In this document: piece by piece, positions 12,724 to 25,235 of the stretch | Position numbering within the stretch: the first letter of the stretch is position 1 | How the letters are laid out: every line of letters begins with the position of its first letter | DNA from: Octopus sinensis | Taxonomy: Eukaryota | DNA: 64,000 nucleotides | Direction: 5' to 3' | NCBI RefSeq assembly: GCF_006345805.1 | Contig: NC_043006.1 | Coordinates: 48,422,001-48,486,000 of the forward strand | The notes under the pieces: generated by a model | Told to the model about the DNA's origin: nothing | The model's input: the letters and a program-made list of their open reading frames with translations, nothing else | Databases searched by the model: none | Program-made: the position numbers and the translations under genes

Positions 12724-13045
12724 CGCGGGGGCGAGTGGCATATTAAGAAAAATAAAGAGAATAAATATATGAAAAGAAGGGGGAAGAAGGAAAAAAACAG
12801 GAAAAAAAAGCATTCTTGCCGAATAAATATGCATTGTGTCCATATTTACATAATGCACATGCACAGGAATTGAGAATGAAATGGAGAGAAAGAGAGAGAG
12901 AAGGTGAGAGAGAGGGAAGGAGAGGAAGTGAGAGAATAGTAAGTTACCGGGAACTAGGAATTAAATACAGGGAAGACACATTTTTTTTTAATTATTGTGT
13001 TGGTCTGCACTTTACCTCTCCCGCTATATCTACACACACACAAAG

Positions 13046-13082
<37 letters not shown>

Positions 13083-13133
13083 CACATATATACATATCCA
13101 ACACACCTACACACACACACACCACACACAGAC

Positions 13134-13191
<58 letters not shown>

Positions 13192-13367
13192 AAGATGGTA
13201 TGTATGTGTATATATATATTTATATGTATGTGTTTTATGTTATATATATACGTATGCATACGCATATGTGTATGTGTGTATGCGTGCGTGTGTATGTGTA
13301 TGTGTGTATATATGTGTGTGTATATTATGTGTGTGTATGTGTATGTGTATATATATATGTCTATGTG

Positions 13368-13407
<40 letters not shown>

Positions 13408-14179
13408 TGTGTGACCTCATTCTGCCTTGTGTGCATTCTTTCAGTGAGATTATTGTTTGACAGAGAACTAATACACACACACAGACTGAAATTGCTTATT
13501 ATGTCCGCTGCTATTTAAAAGCGTCGCTTTGCTTCGCTAGAGTATGAAAAAGATTAGTGTTTTGACTGGCTAACCAAGTGTCTCTTTGTCTTGGTCCTTC
13601 AGATGTTGGACTTGGTTTAAATGCATCAAACTGTAAGCCGAAGTCCAGAAAAACAAACCTGTATTTGTGGTGTGTAATGGCGCATCTGCCCTGTGTTAAG
13701 TTGCACATACCAGTCATAACAAAAGCTTCGCTCCTCATGTGAGGCCCCACAGCACTTTCAACATTCGCAAGTTAAGAACTGAAATCGTTGTTGTTGGTGG
13801 TGGCTGTGGCATCGTTCTAACTGTTGTTGTTGCTGGGTAATCATACGTCAGTCATGATGAAACAAACCTTTGATCAAAGGCGTCCTAGATATGACCATCC
13901 TGCATTTTTTTCACACATAGCATCACAATATCACATTAGCTAATAAGGGAGCATGCGAGTAGAAATCCTTAGAGCGTCGGAAGAAACAAATTGCAGTATA
14001 TGTTCCGTTTCCTTACTTTCTGTGTTCAAATCCCATCGAGGTTTACCTTTCATCCTTCTGAGGTCGATACAATAAAATATCTGCCAAGTAAAGTGTTGAA
14101 TGGAATAGATTAACTGCTAATTATTGTACTTATTGTACGCAGTCATATCATTTCATCATCACTTTTAGGCAAAATAATG

Positions 14180-14580
14180 AAAGATAAGGTTTATCTCAGT
14201 GGAATTTGAACTCAGAATGGAAAGAGCCGGAAGAAATAACTCCAAAGTATTTTTCCGGTGTCATAAAGATTCTGCCAATCCACTGCCCTAATAATAATTA
14301 TTTCAAATTTTTTGCCACAAGGGCAGCGTGGGGAAGGTGGGGAAGGAGTCGATTACATCAATCCCAGTGTACATTTGGTATTTATTTTATCGACCCCGAA
14401 AGGATAAAAGGTAAAGTCAACCTCGGCGGAATTTGAACTGAGAACGTAGCGACTCTAGATGGATGGAAAGCAAAACTGACCTCAGCGGTAATTAATAACG
14501 ACGATGTCTTGCTCGCGGAATCACTGATTCTAAGATTCGTCGAGTTAGTAATGATTATTCTTTCAAATTTTGGCACAAGG
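14180..14580 (-). mobile_element. Degenerate SINE family B copies
   Basis: TCGACCCCGAAAGGATAAAAGGTAAAGTCAACCTCGGCGGAATTTGAACT. Confidence 0.7.
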
Positions 14581-14635
14581 TCTTTAATACATCGACTGAA
14601 GTAGTCAACTGGATATTTGTCCTCATTTTGTTGCT

Positions 14636-14681
14636 AACACAACGTTTCGGCTGATATACCCTCCAGCCTTCATCAGGTGTC
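14636..14681 (-). ncRNA. Minimal type-I hammerhead ribozyme
   Basis: gacac-CTGATGA-A-GGCTG-gagggtatat-CAGCC-GAAA-CG-TT-gtgtt: intact core, 5-bp stems I and II, palindromic ACGT stem III. Confidence 0.75.
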
Positions 14682-14745
14682 TTGGGGAAATTTCGAACCT
14701 GGGTTCTGATTCCTAAAGTATTTTTCAATGTTGTTGTTGTTGTTG

Positions 14746-14777
<32 letters not shown>

Positions 14778-14964
14778 GAGTGAGCGAGCAGATCATGCCA
14801 TCAAAGTGACACTGGGATAAAATATACGAAGCCCAGTATACCCATCATGACTACCCGTCTGATAAGGGTACACCAGGCACATGCATCACAACCATATGTG
14901 CGCGACATGGTGATCTCATATCAAGATAAACAGCACATGACCTTGCAGGTGGAGCCCAGTTAGA

Positions 14965-14968
<4 letters not shown>
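14778..14968 (-). mobile_element. 5'-truncated copy of the 10729-11175 repeat, inserted in the (AAT)n linker of family H
   Basis: AAAGTGACACTGGG..GATAAGGGTACACCAGGCACATGCATCACAACC..CCCAGTTAGAATTT is shared. Confidence 0.75.
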
Positions 14969-15015
<47 letters not shown>

Positions 15016-15287
15016 TATTATTCAGGTCACAGCCTGGAATCGAACTCGGAATCTTGGGGTTAGTAGCCCGTACTCTTAACCACTATGCCATATACCCGTG
15101 GGCATATGGCGTAGTGGGTAAATAATGTACATAAATCCTTATCTCTTAAATATAAAACTGTATTATCAACAAGGTATTTTTGTATCTATTTATGTATGTA
15201 CGCATGTATGTATGTTTATGTTAACATCTGCTGTGTAGCTGATTTTCACAACTATACACAGTTTCTCTTCTCTATCCCGAGATAGGG

Positions 15288-15543
15288 TATGTATGTATGT
15301 ATGTATGTATGTATGTATGTATGTATGTATGTATGTATGTATGTATGTATGCATGTATGTATGTAAGTATGCATGTATGTATGTAAGCATGCATGTATGT
15401 ATGTAAGTATGCATGTATGTATGTGAGTATGCATGTATGTATGTATGTAAGTATGCATGTATGTATGTATGTAAGTATGCATGTATGTATGTAAGCATGC
15501 ATGTATGTATGTAAGTATGCAAGTATGCATGTATGTAAGTATG

Positions 15544-15574
<31 letters not shown>

Positions 15575-15722
15575 GTATGCATGTATGTATGTATGTAAGT
15601 ATGTATGTATGTTTGTATGTATGTATGTAAGTATGCAAGTATGCATGTATGTAAGTATGTATGTTGTATGTATGTATGTATGTATGTATGTATGTATGTA
15701 TGTATGTATGCATGTATGTATG
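15288..15722. repeat. (ATGT)n tetranucleotide microsatellite with variants
   Basis: Read directly. Confidence 0.95.
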
Positions 15723-15739
15723 TTTGTATATATGTGAGT

Positions 15740-15990
15740 GTTTAGTTTTATTTCAAGATTTCTTGCCAATAGAGAAAGAGCCGGTTTCTAACCTAGATCC
15801 AAGGCTCCTTCATTGGACTTTCAACAACATCAACAGGGTATTTTTGTATATATGTATACGTGCAGTTTTGCATATTTTGTTTTATGTATGTATTCTCATG
15901 CATATAGTTCTATATCTAGATATAATCATATATACTTAAATGATACGCTTCTGGAAAGTTTTACAGATATTTACAGTTCCGAAGATGTAT
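15740..15990 (-). mobile_element. PLE-type terminal fragment with a degenerate hammerhead (15774-15822)
   Basis: Minus strand gaaag-TCCAATGAAGG-AGCCT-tggatct-AGGTT-A-GAAA-CCGG-CT-ctttc: stems I and II and the CCGG palindrome are kept, the core is mutated. Confidence 0.45.
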
Positions 15991-16134
15991 GTATATATAT
16001 GTATATGTGTGTGTTCGTGTGTATGTGTTTGTATCTATGTGTGTGCTTGTCCCTCACCAAAGCTTGATAGCCGGTTATGGTTTGTGTAGGACTTCGAGAC
16101 TTAGCAGATCTCGAAAACAGCCGATAAAATAAGT

Positions 16135-16434
16135 TTGTTCCTTCTCAAACAATGCCTGGCTCATAATGGGCCGGTTTCCCGGTTTCATTGGCGTATAGGT
16201 TCCCCACCTGGATGGGACGCCTGTCCGTCGCAGGTGAGCTGCAAGATGCAGGAGGAAAGAGTGAGAGAAAGTTGTGGCGAAAGAGTCAGTAGAAGTTCGC
16301 CATTACCTTCCCCTGGAGCTGCGTGGAGCTTAGGTATTTCGTTCATAAACACACACATCGCCCGGTCTGAGATTTGGACCTGCGATCCCTCGATCGCGAG
16401 TCCGCTGCTCTAACTACTAGGTCATATACCTCCA
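16135..16434 (-). mobile_element. SINE family D, with V-domain-like tail
   Basis: tRNA head (reverse complement of CCGCTGCTCTAACTACTAGG); central GAAAGAGTGAGAGAAAGTTGTGGCGAAAGAG shared with 41574-41859. Confidence 0.8.
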
Positions 16435-17068
16435 CGATAGAATAAGTAACAAGCTTTAAAAAGATAAGTACTAGGGTTGATATTCCGACTAAACCCTCCA
16501 ACCTTATGATTGAAACAAGTAAAATATTAAAGACAAAAGGTAAAAGTGAAGTTGGCAGCCAGTCTAATTTGTTCAATACGTCCTTCATTTTCAAGACAGC
16601 GATTTGAGTAATATTTTACATCTGTTATCTCTAGCAAATTCAGCATCTACCAGACGCTGTCTCGGTGGATCGTTGTTTCATTATCTCTACATTACTGGTA
16701 GAGACGGTAGCTGTGGCAGTTATGTTGGTGTTTCATTTAGAGGATATTATTCTGGAGAGATTCTTCTCCATTTCTGCAAGCTAATCACTACGGTCGGAAA
16801 TTGCAAATAAGAGAATGAAGTGAAGTGAAATGAGGCAAAAACCAGGAATCAAACTCGCATGTGAAAAACAGCTTGCGGCAGTTTTTTAAACATCTCGGTG
16901 TCATTCACAAGTCCTTGAAGATGTATAGTTCTGCTTTATATCAATAAACTACATTTTTATCAGCATTTGTAGCAATTCTGCAGCCTTTCTGATATTTATT
17001 TAGCTTCCTCTTGTGTCATTGTTTTGCGACAGTGAGCAAAATATGCGTTACGTATATATGTTACGCGT

Positions 17069-17461
17069 GTATGTATGTATGTATGTATGTATGTATGTAT
17101 GTATTTATGTATGTATGTATGTATGTACGTACGTACGTATGTATGTATGTATGTATGTATGTATTTATGTATGTATGTATGTATGTATGTATGTATGTAT
17201 GTATGTATGTATGTATGTATGTACGTACGTACGTATGTATGTATGTATGTATGTATTTATGTATGTATGTATGTATGTATGTATGTATGTATGTATTTAT
17301 GTATGTATGTACGTATGTATGTATGTATGTATTTATGTATGTATGTATGTATGTATGTACGTATGTATGTATGTATGTATGTATGTATGTATGTATGTAT
17401 GTATGTATGTATGGATGGATGGATGGATGGATGGATGGATGGATGGATGGATGGATGGATG
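17069..17461. repeat. (ATGT)n/(ATGG)n microsatellite
   Basis: Read directly. Confidence 0.95.
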
Positions 17462-17534
17462 TTTGTATGCCTATATGTGAGTGTGTTTATGGCGCACACA
17501 CATATCAAGGCAGATATATGCATGTATATATTCA

Positions 17535-17768
17535 CAGGGTAGTCCAAAAGTCACCCGATAGTTAATCAAAATTCCATAAATACTGTGTCTGTAATTCTGT
17601 ATTGACCCGAATGGAAAAATGTGCCGGTCAAGAAGGACTTCAGTTTGAACAATTTTCATGATGTTTCATATTTAGATGCTTTTATTGAATTCATTCAGTT
17701 GTTAAACATAAATAAATCTTGGAATTAAATGGTTTGGCTTTATTGTCAGCTGAGCTTTGGTCAATCCT
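17535..17768. mobile_element. Tc1/mariner-derived MITE
   Basis: Starts CAGGGTAGTCCAAAAGTCACC and has a degenerate inverted end; second copy at 42043-42265. Confidence 0.7.
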
Positions 17769-17883
17769 ATATATATATATATATGTGTATATGTATATGT
17801 ACACACGCACACACACACAAATATATGTATGCATGCATGCATGTATGTATGTATGTATGTATGTATGCATGTATGTATGTATG

Positions 17884-17917
<34 letters not shown>

Positions 17918-18095
17918 TGTATGTATGTATGTATGTATGTAGGTAGGTAGGTAGGTAGGTATATATTATGTATATATATCTATGTATCCTCCTTCTTTCT
18001 TTTCTTTCTTGAGCGTCCAATAACGTTATACTTGTTCCACGTCCTCGCGTTCTTGTGTCTTCTCTTTGTGTTTTCAGTTTGGATTAACTTTATGC

Positions 18096-18144
<49 letters not shown>

Positions 18145-18290
18145 GTGTGCATATATATGTATGTATGTAATGTATGTATGTATGTATGCATGCATGTATG
18201 TATATATATGTATGTATGTATATATTTATAGATATATGTATATATGTATATGTATGTGTGTATGTATGTTTGTATGAATGTATGCATGTA

Positions 18291-18500
18291 TACTCTTTTA
18301 CTTGTTTCAGTCATTTAACTGCGGCCATGCTGGAGTACCGCCTTTAGTCGAGCAAATCGACCCCGGGACTTATTCTTTGTAACCCAAGTACTTATTCTAT
18401 CGGTCTCTTTTGCCGAACCGCTAAGTGACGGAGACGTAAACACACCAGCATCGGTTGTCAAGCAATGGTAAGGGGACAAACTCAGACACACATACATATA
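18291..18500 (-). mobile_element. SINE family A, 3' half (5' half at 20715-20857, split by a PLE)
   Basis: The two halves are colinear across the PLE inserted in the internal (TA)n. Confidence 0.85.
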
Positions 18501-18516
18501 TATAACATACATTATA

Positions 18517-18556
<40 letters not shown>

Positions 18557-18584
18557 GTGAAAAGGAACACAAAGGCACGAGTTG

Positions 18585-20705
18585 ATATATATGAAAAAAC
18601 AAGTCAAAAATAGAAAATGCTAAAATAATTTATAGTGAACATTTCAGTACCGGTTTCGGTCATTTTGAGACCTTTCAACTGTAACGATTAAATAATTAAA
18701 TTTAGAAAAATTAGAAGAAAAAACCTAGTCATAGGATACCTAGAGATCAGTCTGTATCGTAAGGTTCTAGAAAGATATGGCAGCCCTTTCTCCATCTACA
18801 TAGAAAAACAACTGGAAGAGATATCTAGATGACTGTTTAATCCTTTGCATAAAAATATAGAAAAACTCATAGAATTCCAGAAAATTTTAACGGACTGGAC
18901 GTAAACATCCAATTCACGATGGAATATAGCCAACAACAACTCCCCTTCCTCGATATCCTCATTAAGAAAGCTAATAATATAATAGAAACAGACAATACTA
19001 TAAGCCTACAGACTCAAGCAATATTCCATTCAATTCATGCCACCCCAGACACCAGGATGAATATCCCCTTCAATCTAGCAAAAAGGATATGCACTATAGT
19101 CTCTAACGCAAACACCAGAGACACACGACTACAAGAACTAAAAGATACCCTAATCACAGGAACTATCCACCTTCCTTATTGACAAGTGCATTCAACGTGC
19201 CCTTCAACTTAACATCAAGGAACTGAGACATCCCAAATCAAAGAAAAACTTACAACCAAAGGCTTACCATACATCTCCACACACAACCCTCTCAATAACG
19301 AAGCCTTCGACACCATCCTCCACAACATACCCCTCCTAAAAAAAGACCACAGAATGAACACAATCCTCCAAACACACACGATCATAAAAAGCAAAAGACA
19401 GCCTAGATCCATGAAAAGTCTCCTTACACAAGCCCGAATTCACTCCTCAACACAGAAGCCGACAGTAAAAAAATGTGGAAGACCCAATTGCGGGATATGC
19501 GACTATCTAATTGAGGGATCAGAGTTCTCCTTCAAGCAGGGACAACGGTTTACAGTGAAAAGCAACTTCACATGTGCTTCGGAGACCTAATATACTCACT
19601 AACCTGCTCCGGGTGTCAAGAGCAGTACATAGAAAGGCAAACAAAAAATGGTTTGCGTAAACGAATGGCCCTGCACAGATCCCAGATAAAATTCCCCAAA
19701 ACAGAAAATAGCTTTTAGCCAACACATAGATACTTGCGCCAACAAAAAAACACCAAACTTCAGAATTTCCCCCTCTACCAATTTAGGGACGATACAACCT
19801 CGAGACAACGAATAAGTAAAGAAAATCTCTTTATTACAAAATACAAGCCACTTCTAAACGGGTCTACGACAAACAATTAATATACCTCAACTTTAGAATA
19901 AAAGAAAAAAATATATATACACACAAATATTACACTCCATAGAATCCATTACTAATCAGCCCCTCATAGCTATACTTACACCCATTCATATTCCCCCTTC
20001 TCTGTTTTTTTTCTCTTCTTCTTCCTCTTCTTCTTCATCATCATCATTATCATCATCATCGTCGTCATCATCATCACCACCGTCATCACCACCATCTTCT
20101 CCTTCTCCTCCTTCTTCTTCATCATCATCATTATCATCATCATCGTCGTCATAATCATCACACCACCACCATCATCGTCATCTTCTCCTTCTCCTTCTCC
20201 TTCTCCTTCTCCTTCTTCTTCTTCTTCTTCTACTTCTCCACCCCCTACCCCTTAACTTTGTCACTAATGTTTTTTAGTATAACACCTACGCTAATTCTAT
20301 AAACCTACGCTAATTCTATAAACAAGCCTGTCAATATAAATATTCTCCTGAATTGAACTGAGACTGCCAGCCGCCACTGACCATTCAAAATACGACCATC
20401 AGGGCACTCCCAGATTCTCCCATCCCCCTTTCCCCACCAGCCTTCTTCCTCTACTACCCTTCCAAGAACTCACAACGACCTCCGACACACAAGTGCAAAC
20501 AAGGGAGTCAGAGAAAGGCAGAATGCCACTTAAATCTGAACACTACTATAGAAATATTCTTTTAAAAAAACTTTTCTTCTAATTTTTCTAAATTTAATTA
20601 TTTAATCGTTACAGTTGAAAAGGTCTCAAAATGACCGAAACCGGTACTGAAATGTTCACTATAAAATTATTTTAGCATTTTCTATTTTTGACTTGTTTTA
20701 TATAT
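18585..20705 (+). mobile_element. Penelope-like retroelement, 5'-truncated, with inverted pseudo-LTR
   Basis: Frameshifted ORF at about 18725-19880: NWKRYLDDC, LPFLDIL, HATPDTRMNIPFNLAKRICTIVS, CGRPNCGIC, LIYSLTCSGC..YI (GIY-YIG). About 130 bp at 18590-18722 is the reverse complement of 20572-20700. Confidence 0.9.
20612..20649 (+). ncRNA. Minimal type-I hammerhead ribozyme, U3:A8 covariant core
   Basis: cag-TTGAAAA-GGTC-tcaaaat-GACC-GAAA-CCGG-TA-ctg; inverted copy at 18645-18681 is one A shorter. Confidence 0.75.
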
Positions 20706-20714
20706 ATATATACA

Positions 20715-20857
20715 TACATATATATGACAGACTTCTTTCAGTTTCCGTCTGCCAAATCCACTCACAAGGCATTGGTCGGCCCAAGATGTCACGCAGTGGG
20801 ACTGAACCCGGAACCATGTGGTTGGTTAGCAAGCTACTTACCACATTCCTGCGCCCA
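20715..20857 (-). mobile_element. SINE family A, 5' half
   Basis: TTCAGTTTCCGTCTGCCAAATCC..CTACTTACCAC. Confidence 0.85.
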
Positions 20858-20901
20858 TAGTGAAAAAAAAAGCTGAATAAAAACGAAAGACAATACAAAA
20901 T

Positions 20902-21295
20902 GTAGGAGTGGCTGTGTGGTAAGTAGCTTGCTAACCAACCACATGGATCCGGGTTCAGTCCCACTGCGTGGCATCTTGGGCAAGTGTCTTCTGCTATAGT
21001 CTCGGGCCGACCAATGCCTTGTGAGTGGATTTGGTAGACGGAAACTGAAAGAAGCCTGTCGTATATATGTATATATATGTGTGTGTTTGTGTGTCTGTGT
21101 GTTTGTCCCCCTAGCATTGTTTGGCAACCGATGCTGGTGTGTTTACGTCCCCGTCACTTAGCGGCTCGGCAAAAGAGACCGATAGAATAAGTACTGGGCT
21201 TACAAAGAATAAGTCCCGGGTCGATTTGCTCGACTAAAGGCGGTGCTCCAGCATGGCCGCAGTCAAACAAGTAAAAGAGTAAAGAGTAAAAGAGT
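20902..21295 (+). mobile_element. SINE family A, full length
   Basis: Head, body and tail all present. Confidence 0.9.
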
Positions 21296-21579
21296 ATATA
21301 TTTATATGCATATATATATATGGGACAGGGATTCACACATATACGTATCTCACAATGACACAGAAGTATTAATTCATTTTGAAACAAATGTTCCGTATAA
21401 AGAAGTCAATACATGAAGTTTAGTTAAATATTCCATAATGAAACAGTGACTTCGAAGTTTCTGTAGGTACAGCTTTTGAAACTGCCAGTTTGAAAAACCA
21501 TGCCAACTGATGGCACGTAATTACGCCCTCCCACGCATACAAATATATGTATGCATGTGTATATGTATTAATTCGTATA

Positions 21580-22456
21580 CGTGGTCTGATCAATAAGTAT
21601 CAAGACTGTTGGTATAATAACGAGGCTAAGGTAAACAGTGTAAAGCTGCTTGGTACAGATTGAGCTTGATCTCTGTTGTGTATAGGCAATAAGTGTTAAC
21701 GTCCTAGCTCTCTTACGCTGTTAACAGCAGTGCTTGGAATGATGGTGTGTGGCGTGTGATCATCGCACTGATAATGGCAAATAAGTTGAATAGAGAATCT
21801 ACATCAAACTTTGCCTAAATTTTAGCGATACTCGCTCAGAGGCCCACACAAAGTTCTCAAAATGTTTTCAATTTTCTCGACACAATCAAGAGAATCTTGT
21901 GCAACTGAAACCCGAGTGTCCTTTTGGTCAGCTGAAAGCAGGTTTTGGCTCAAACTTGCCACACACGCGTCCCATACCCAAATCTTCAGTGATAATGGAC
22001 TGAGCTGAACAGTAACTAATCTGCCCATCTGATAACTCACAGGTGGTGATTCGACGATTTCTTCTCACAACTGCATGCACCTCAGTTTTACTGGCTGCGG
22101 GCCTCCCAGAACATTCGTCAGTATCAACACTTTTTCGGCTATCTTGTAAACGTCTGAACCACTTGTATACTTCTGTGTGACTTATACACTCCTCTCCATA
22201 CACTTTCTGCAACTTTGCGTCGGCCTCTAAGCATGTATCACCATGTCAACTTTCTCTGTCATGGTCAATGCAACGATCACAGGCTACACACCTTCCTTCC
22301 AAGCACTGCTGTAAGCGGCAGAAGTGAGCTGGAACGTTAAAACTAAGTGCGCATACACAGCAGAGTTCATGGTCAATCTTTGCCAAGCAGCTTTACTTTG
22401 CGTGCTTTAGCATCGTTTCTATGGCAACACTCCAAATACGTATTGATCAGAACTCG
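21580..22456 (-). mobile_element. Mariner-derived foldback element (two inverted 5' ends) with N-terminal transposase remnant
   Basis: TA-flanked TIRs CGTGGTCTGATCAATAAGTAT / ATACGTATTGATCAGAACTCG; arms homologous for about 250 bp. ORF 21928-22212 QKVYGEECISHTEVYKWFRRL..D..RSGRP-like..RRITTCEL matches mariner HTH domains. Confidence 0.85.
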
Positions 22457-23027
22457 TATGTACTGAATTCATTAACACTTTGACAGATTTTGTTTCCTGT
22501 TGAAGTGGACCCAACCAAAACCACCCTCCAAATAGGCATGATAGAGTTTCCGGTTTACTCGCCAGTGACCCGAACATGTTAGAGATGGGAGGGAGAGATC
22601 CCTAGTCGTTTTTTAAGATATTTCTTTGGGAGAATGGAAACACTGACGCAACACTTACAGCTTCGTTTGCCTCCAATAATGGAGATCTATTCTTCAATTT
22701 TGGTTCTTCATTCTCAGAAAATGGGACTGGCCCTGTGAAAGACAATTTCTCACTTTAAAAAGCTTTAGGTACAGATATATCTTGATTGTTACCATCACTA
22801 CAAACACCACTGCTATGTTTGTATAGAATAGCTAGCCGTAGTGTAAGAGATCAAAACAATGTACCTATTATTAGTATATACGTGAATTTATAATCTGGAT
22901 ATAGAAATTAGAGGTTTTGAAAGAGTTGTCCATAGTTATGTATGTACTACATATATATGTGCGTGTGTGTGTGTGTATGAATGTATGTATGTATGTATGT
23001 ATGTGTATATATATGTGTGTGTGTATA

Positions 23028-23466
23028 TTCTTTTATTCTTTCATTTGTTTCAGTCATTTCACTGTGGCCAAGCTGGAGCACTGCCTTTAGTCGAACAAAT
23101 CGACCCTAGGACTTATTTTTTGCAAGCCTAGTACTTATTCTATCGATCTCTTTCGCCGAACCGCTAGGTTATGCGGACGCAAACACATAATCATCGGTTG
23201 TCAAGCGATGTTCAGGGAAGAAACACAGACACACAAACACACATACATACACATACACGCACATACACACGCACACACACACACACACACACACGTAATA
23301 TATATATATATATATATATATACGACAAGCTTCTTTCAGTTTCCGTCTACCAGATCCACTCACAAGGCTTTGGTTAGCACGAGCTATAGTAGAAGACACT
23401 TGTCCAAGGTGCCACGCAGTGGTACTGAACCTGGAACCATGTTGATGGTAAGCAAGCTACACACAC
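23028..23466 (-). mobile_element. SINE family A
   Basis: Reverse complement of consensus. Confidence 0.9.
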
Positions 23467-23510
23467 ATATATATATATACATATATATAATATATATATA
23501 TATATATATA

Positions 23511-23572
<62 letters not shown>

Positions 23573-23773
23573 TGCACACACACACACATATAAATAGAAA
23601 GAGAGATATATATGTATGAACGTGGTATATGTATATATGCATAAATAGTGGAACGTGTAATATTTCTTTAATATATAGACTTTCTTCTTTTACTGATACA
23701 TTCATATTCTATGCAAATCTTAATATCTCGAAGCATGTATATATGAGTGTATGATTGTATGTCCGTTTACACT

Positions 23774-23824
<51 letters not shown>

Positions 23825-24413
23825 GCATATATATGTTTGTACAAAAGCTCGTGTATATGTGTGTATACCTGTCTACCTTTCTATTTGATATTCTCGTGTA
23901 GACAGACATAAACACTTATAGTTGATATATTGATCTTAGTGAATTCCATTGTGCGTGAGAGAGAGACAGACATACAGACAGGCCGACAGACAGAGAGAAA
24001 CAGACAGCATAGGTATGAATAAATAAACGTTACTCCATTTGACAGTCTAGCGTGGTGGTCTACAAAGAACTTAAATATGAAAATATGAATATATATGTGC
24101 GTGTGTGTGATTGTGTGCGCACCTGTGCGTGTGTGTGTATGTATAGATATACACACGCATGTTAATGAAAAGTCTTGCATGTCACAATATATATATACGG
24201 TGTGACGTAAAACTTTAACTGATTATACCGTTTCTATTCGGATTGTGTCTTTTCTCTTTTTTTTCTCCAAAATGGCCGCTGTATTTCAGTTGTTGAAAGA
24301 AAGAAGATTGCATGAAGTTAAATCCGCCATGCTGCAGTGAGCAATTTGAATCTAAATATAACTCTATTTGCACAAACCGCCACTGTTTTAGTTTCATTAA
24401 CATTAAGTAGACT

Positions 24414-24447
<34 letters not shown>

Positions 24448-24451
24448 CTAT

Positions 24452-24522
<71 letters not shown>

Positions 24523-24701
24523 TTCGTTTTCTTTTTTATATTATATATATCTGCGTATGAGTTTTATATTTTTCTTTCTACTTTTTATCTAATACATTAA
24601 TGAAAGGTTACTCTTACTTCTGAAAAGAATCGCCCACATTCCCAACAATTTAGTGTGCGATATAGGTTATGACATTTCCATATTATCTTCAGATGTAAAC
24701 A

Positions 24702-24745
<44 letters not shown>

Positions 24746-24849
24746 TATCAATTTACACATATATGTATGTATACATATATATATGCACACACATCACATA
24801 TATATATACGTATATATACACATATGTGTATGTTCGTATATATATACAG

Positions 24850-24894
<45 letters not shown>

Positions 24895-25204
24895 ATAATA
24901 TATGTAATATACGTATAATATTTATATATACATATATATAAATATCTACATACATATGTATTTATGTATATATATATATGCACACACATGCATGTAAATA
25001 TGTACATATATATACAGACATACATATTTATGTATGTATATATTTATACATATATATGTACATATATACATATGTATATATGTATATAAATATGTACATA
25101 TATATATATATATGTATATATATTATATATATACCTATGTATGTCAGTGTGTGTGTTTGTGTGCACATAACGACACAAATGATGTAGATATATTATATAT
25201 ACAG

Positions 25205-25235
<31 letters not shown>

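Larger units (their letters stand above)
14612..15160 (-). mobile_element. Hammerhead-bearing tRNA-headed SINE (family H), with an inverted deleted partner at 15101-15160
   Basis: Minus strand: tRNA-like head 15023-15096 (TGGCATAGTGG..GAGTTCGATTCC), (AAT)n linker, body with a hammerhead at 14636-14681. Nested insertion at 14778-14968. Confidence 0.8.

Noticed and set aside
12816-18314. [12 protein letters not shown]-type ORFs here and throughout the window
   Set aside because: Translations of (TA)n, (TG)n and (ATGT)n microsatellites
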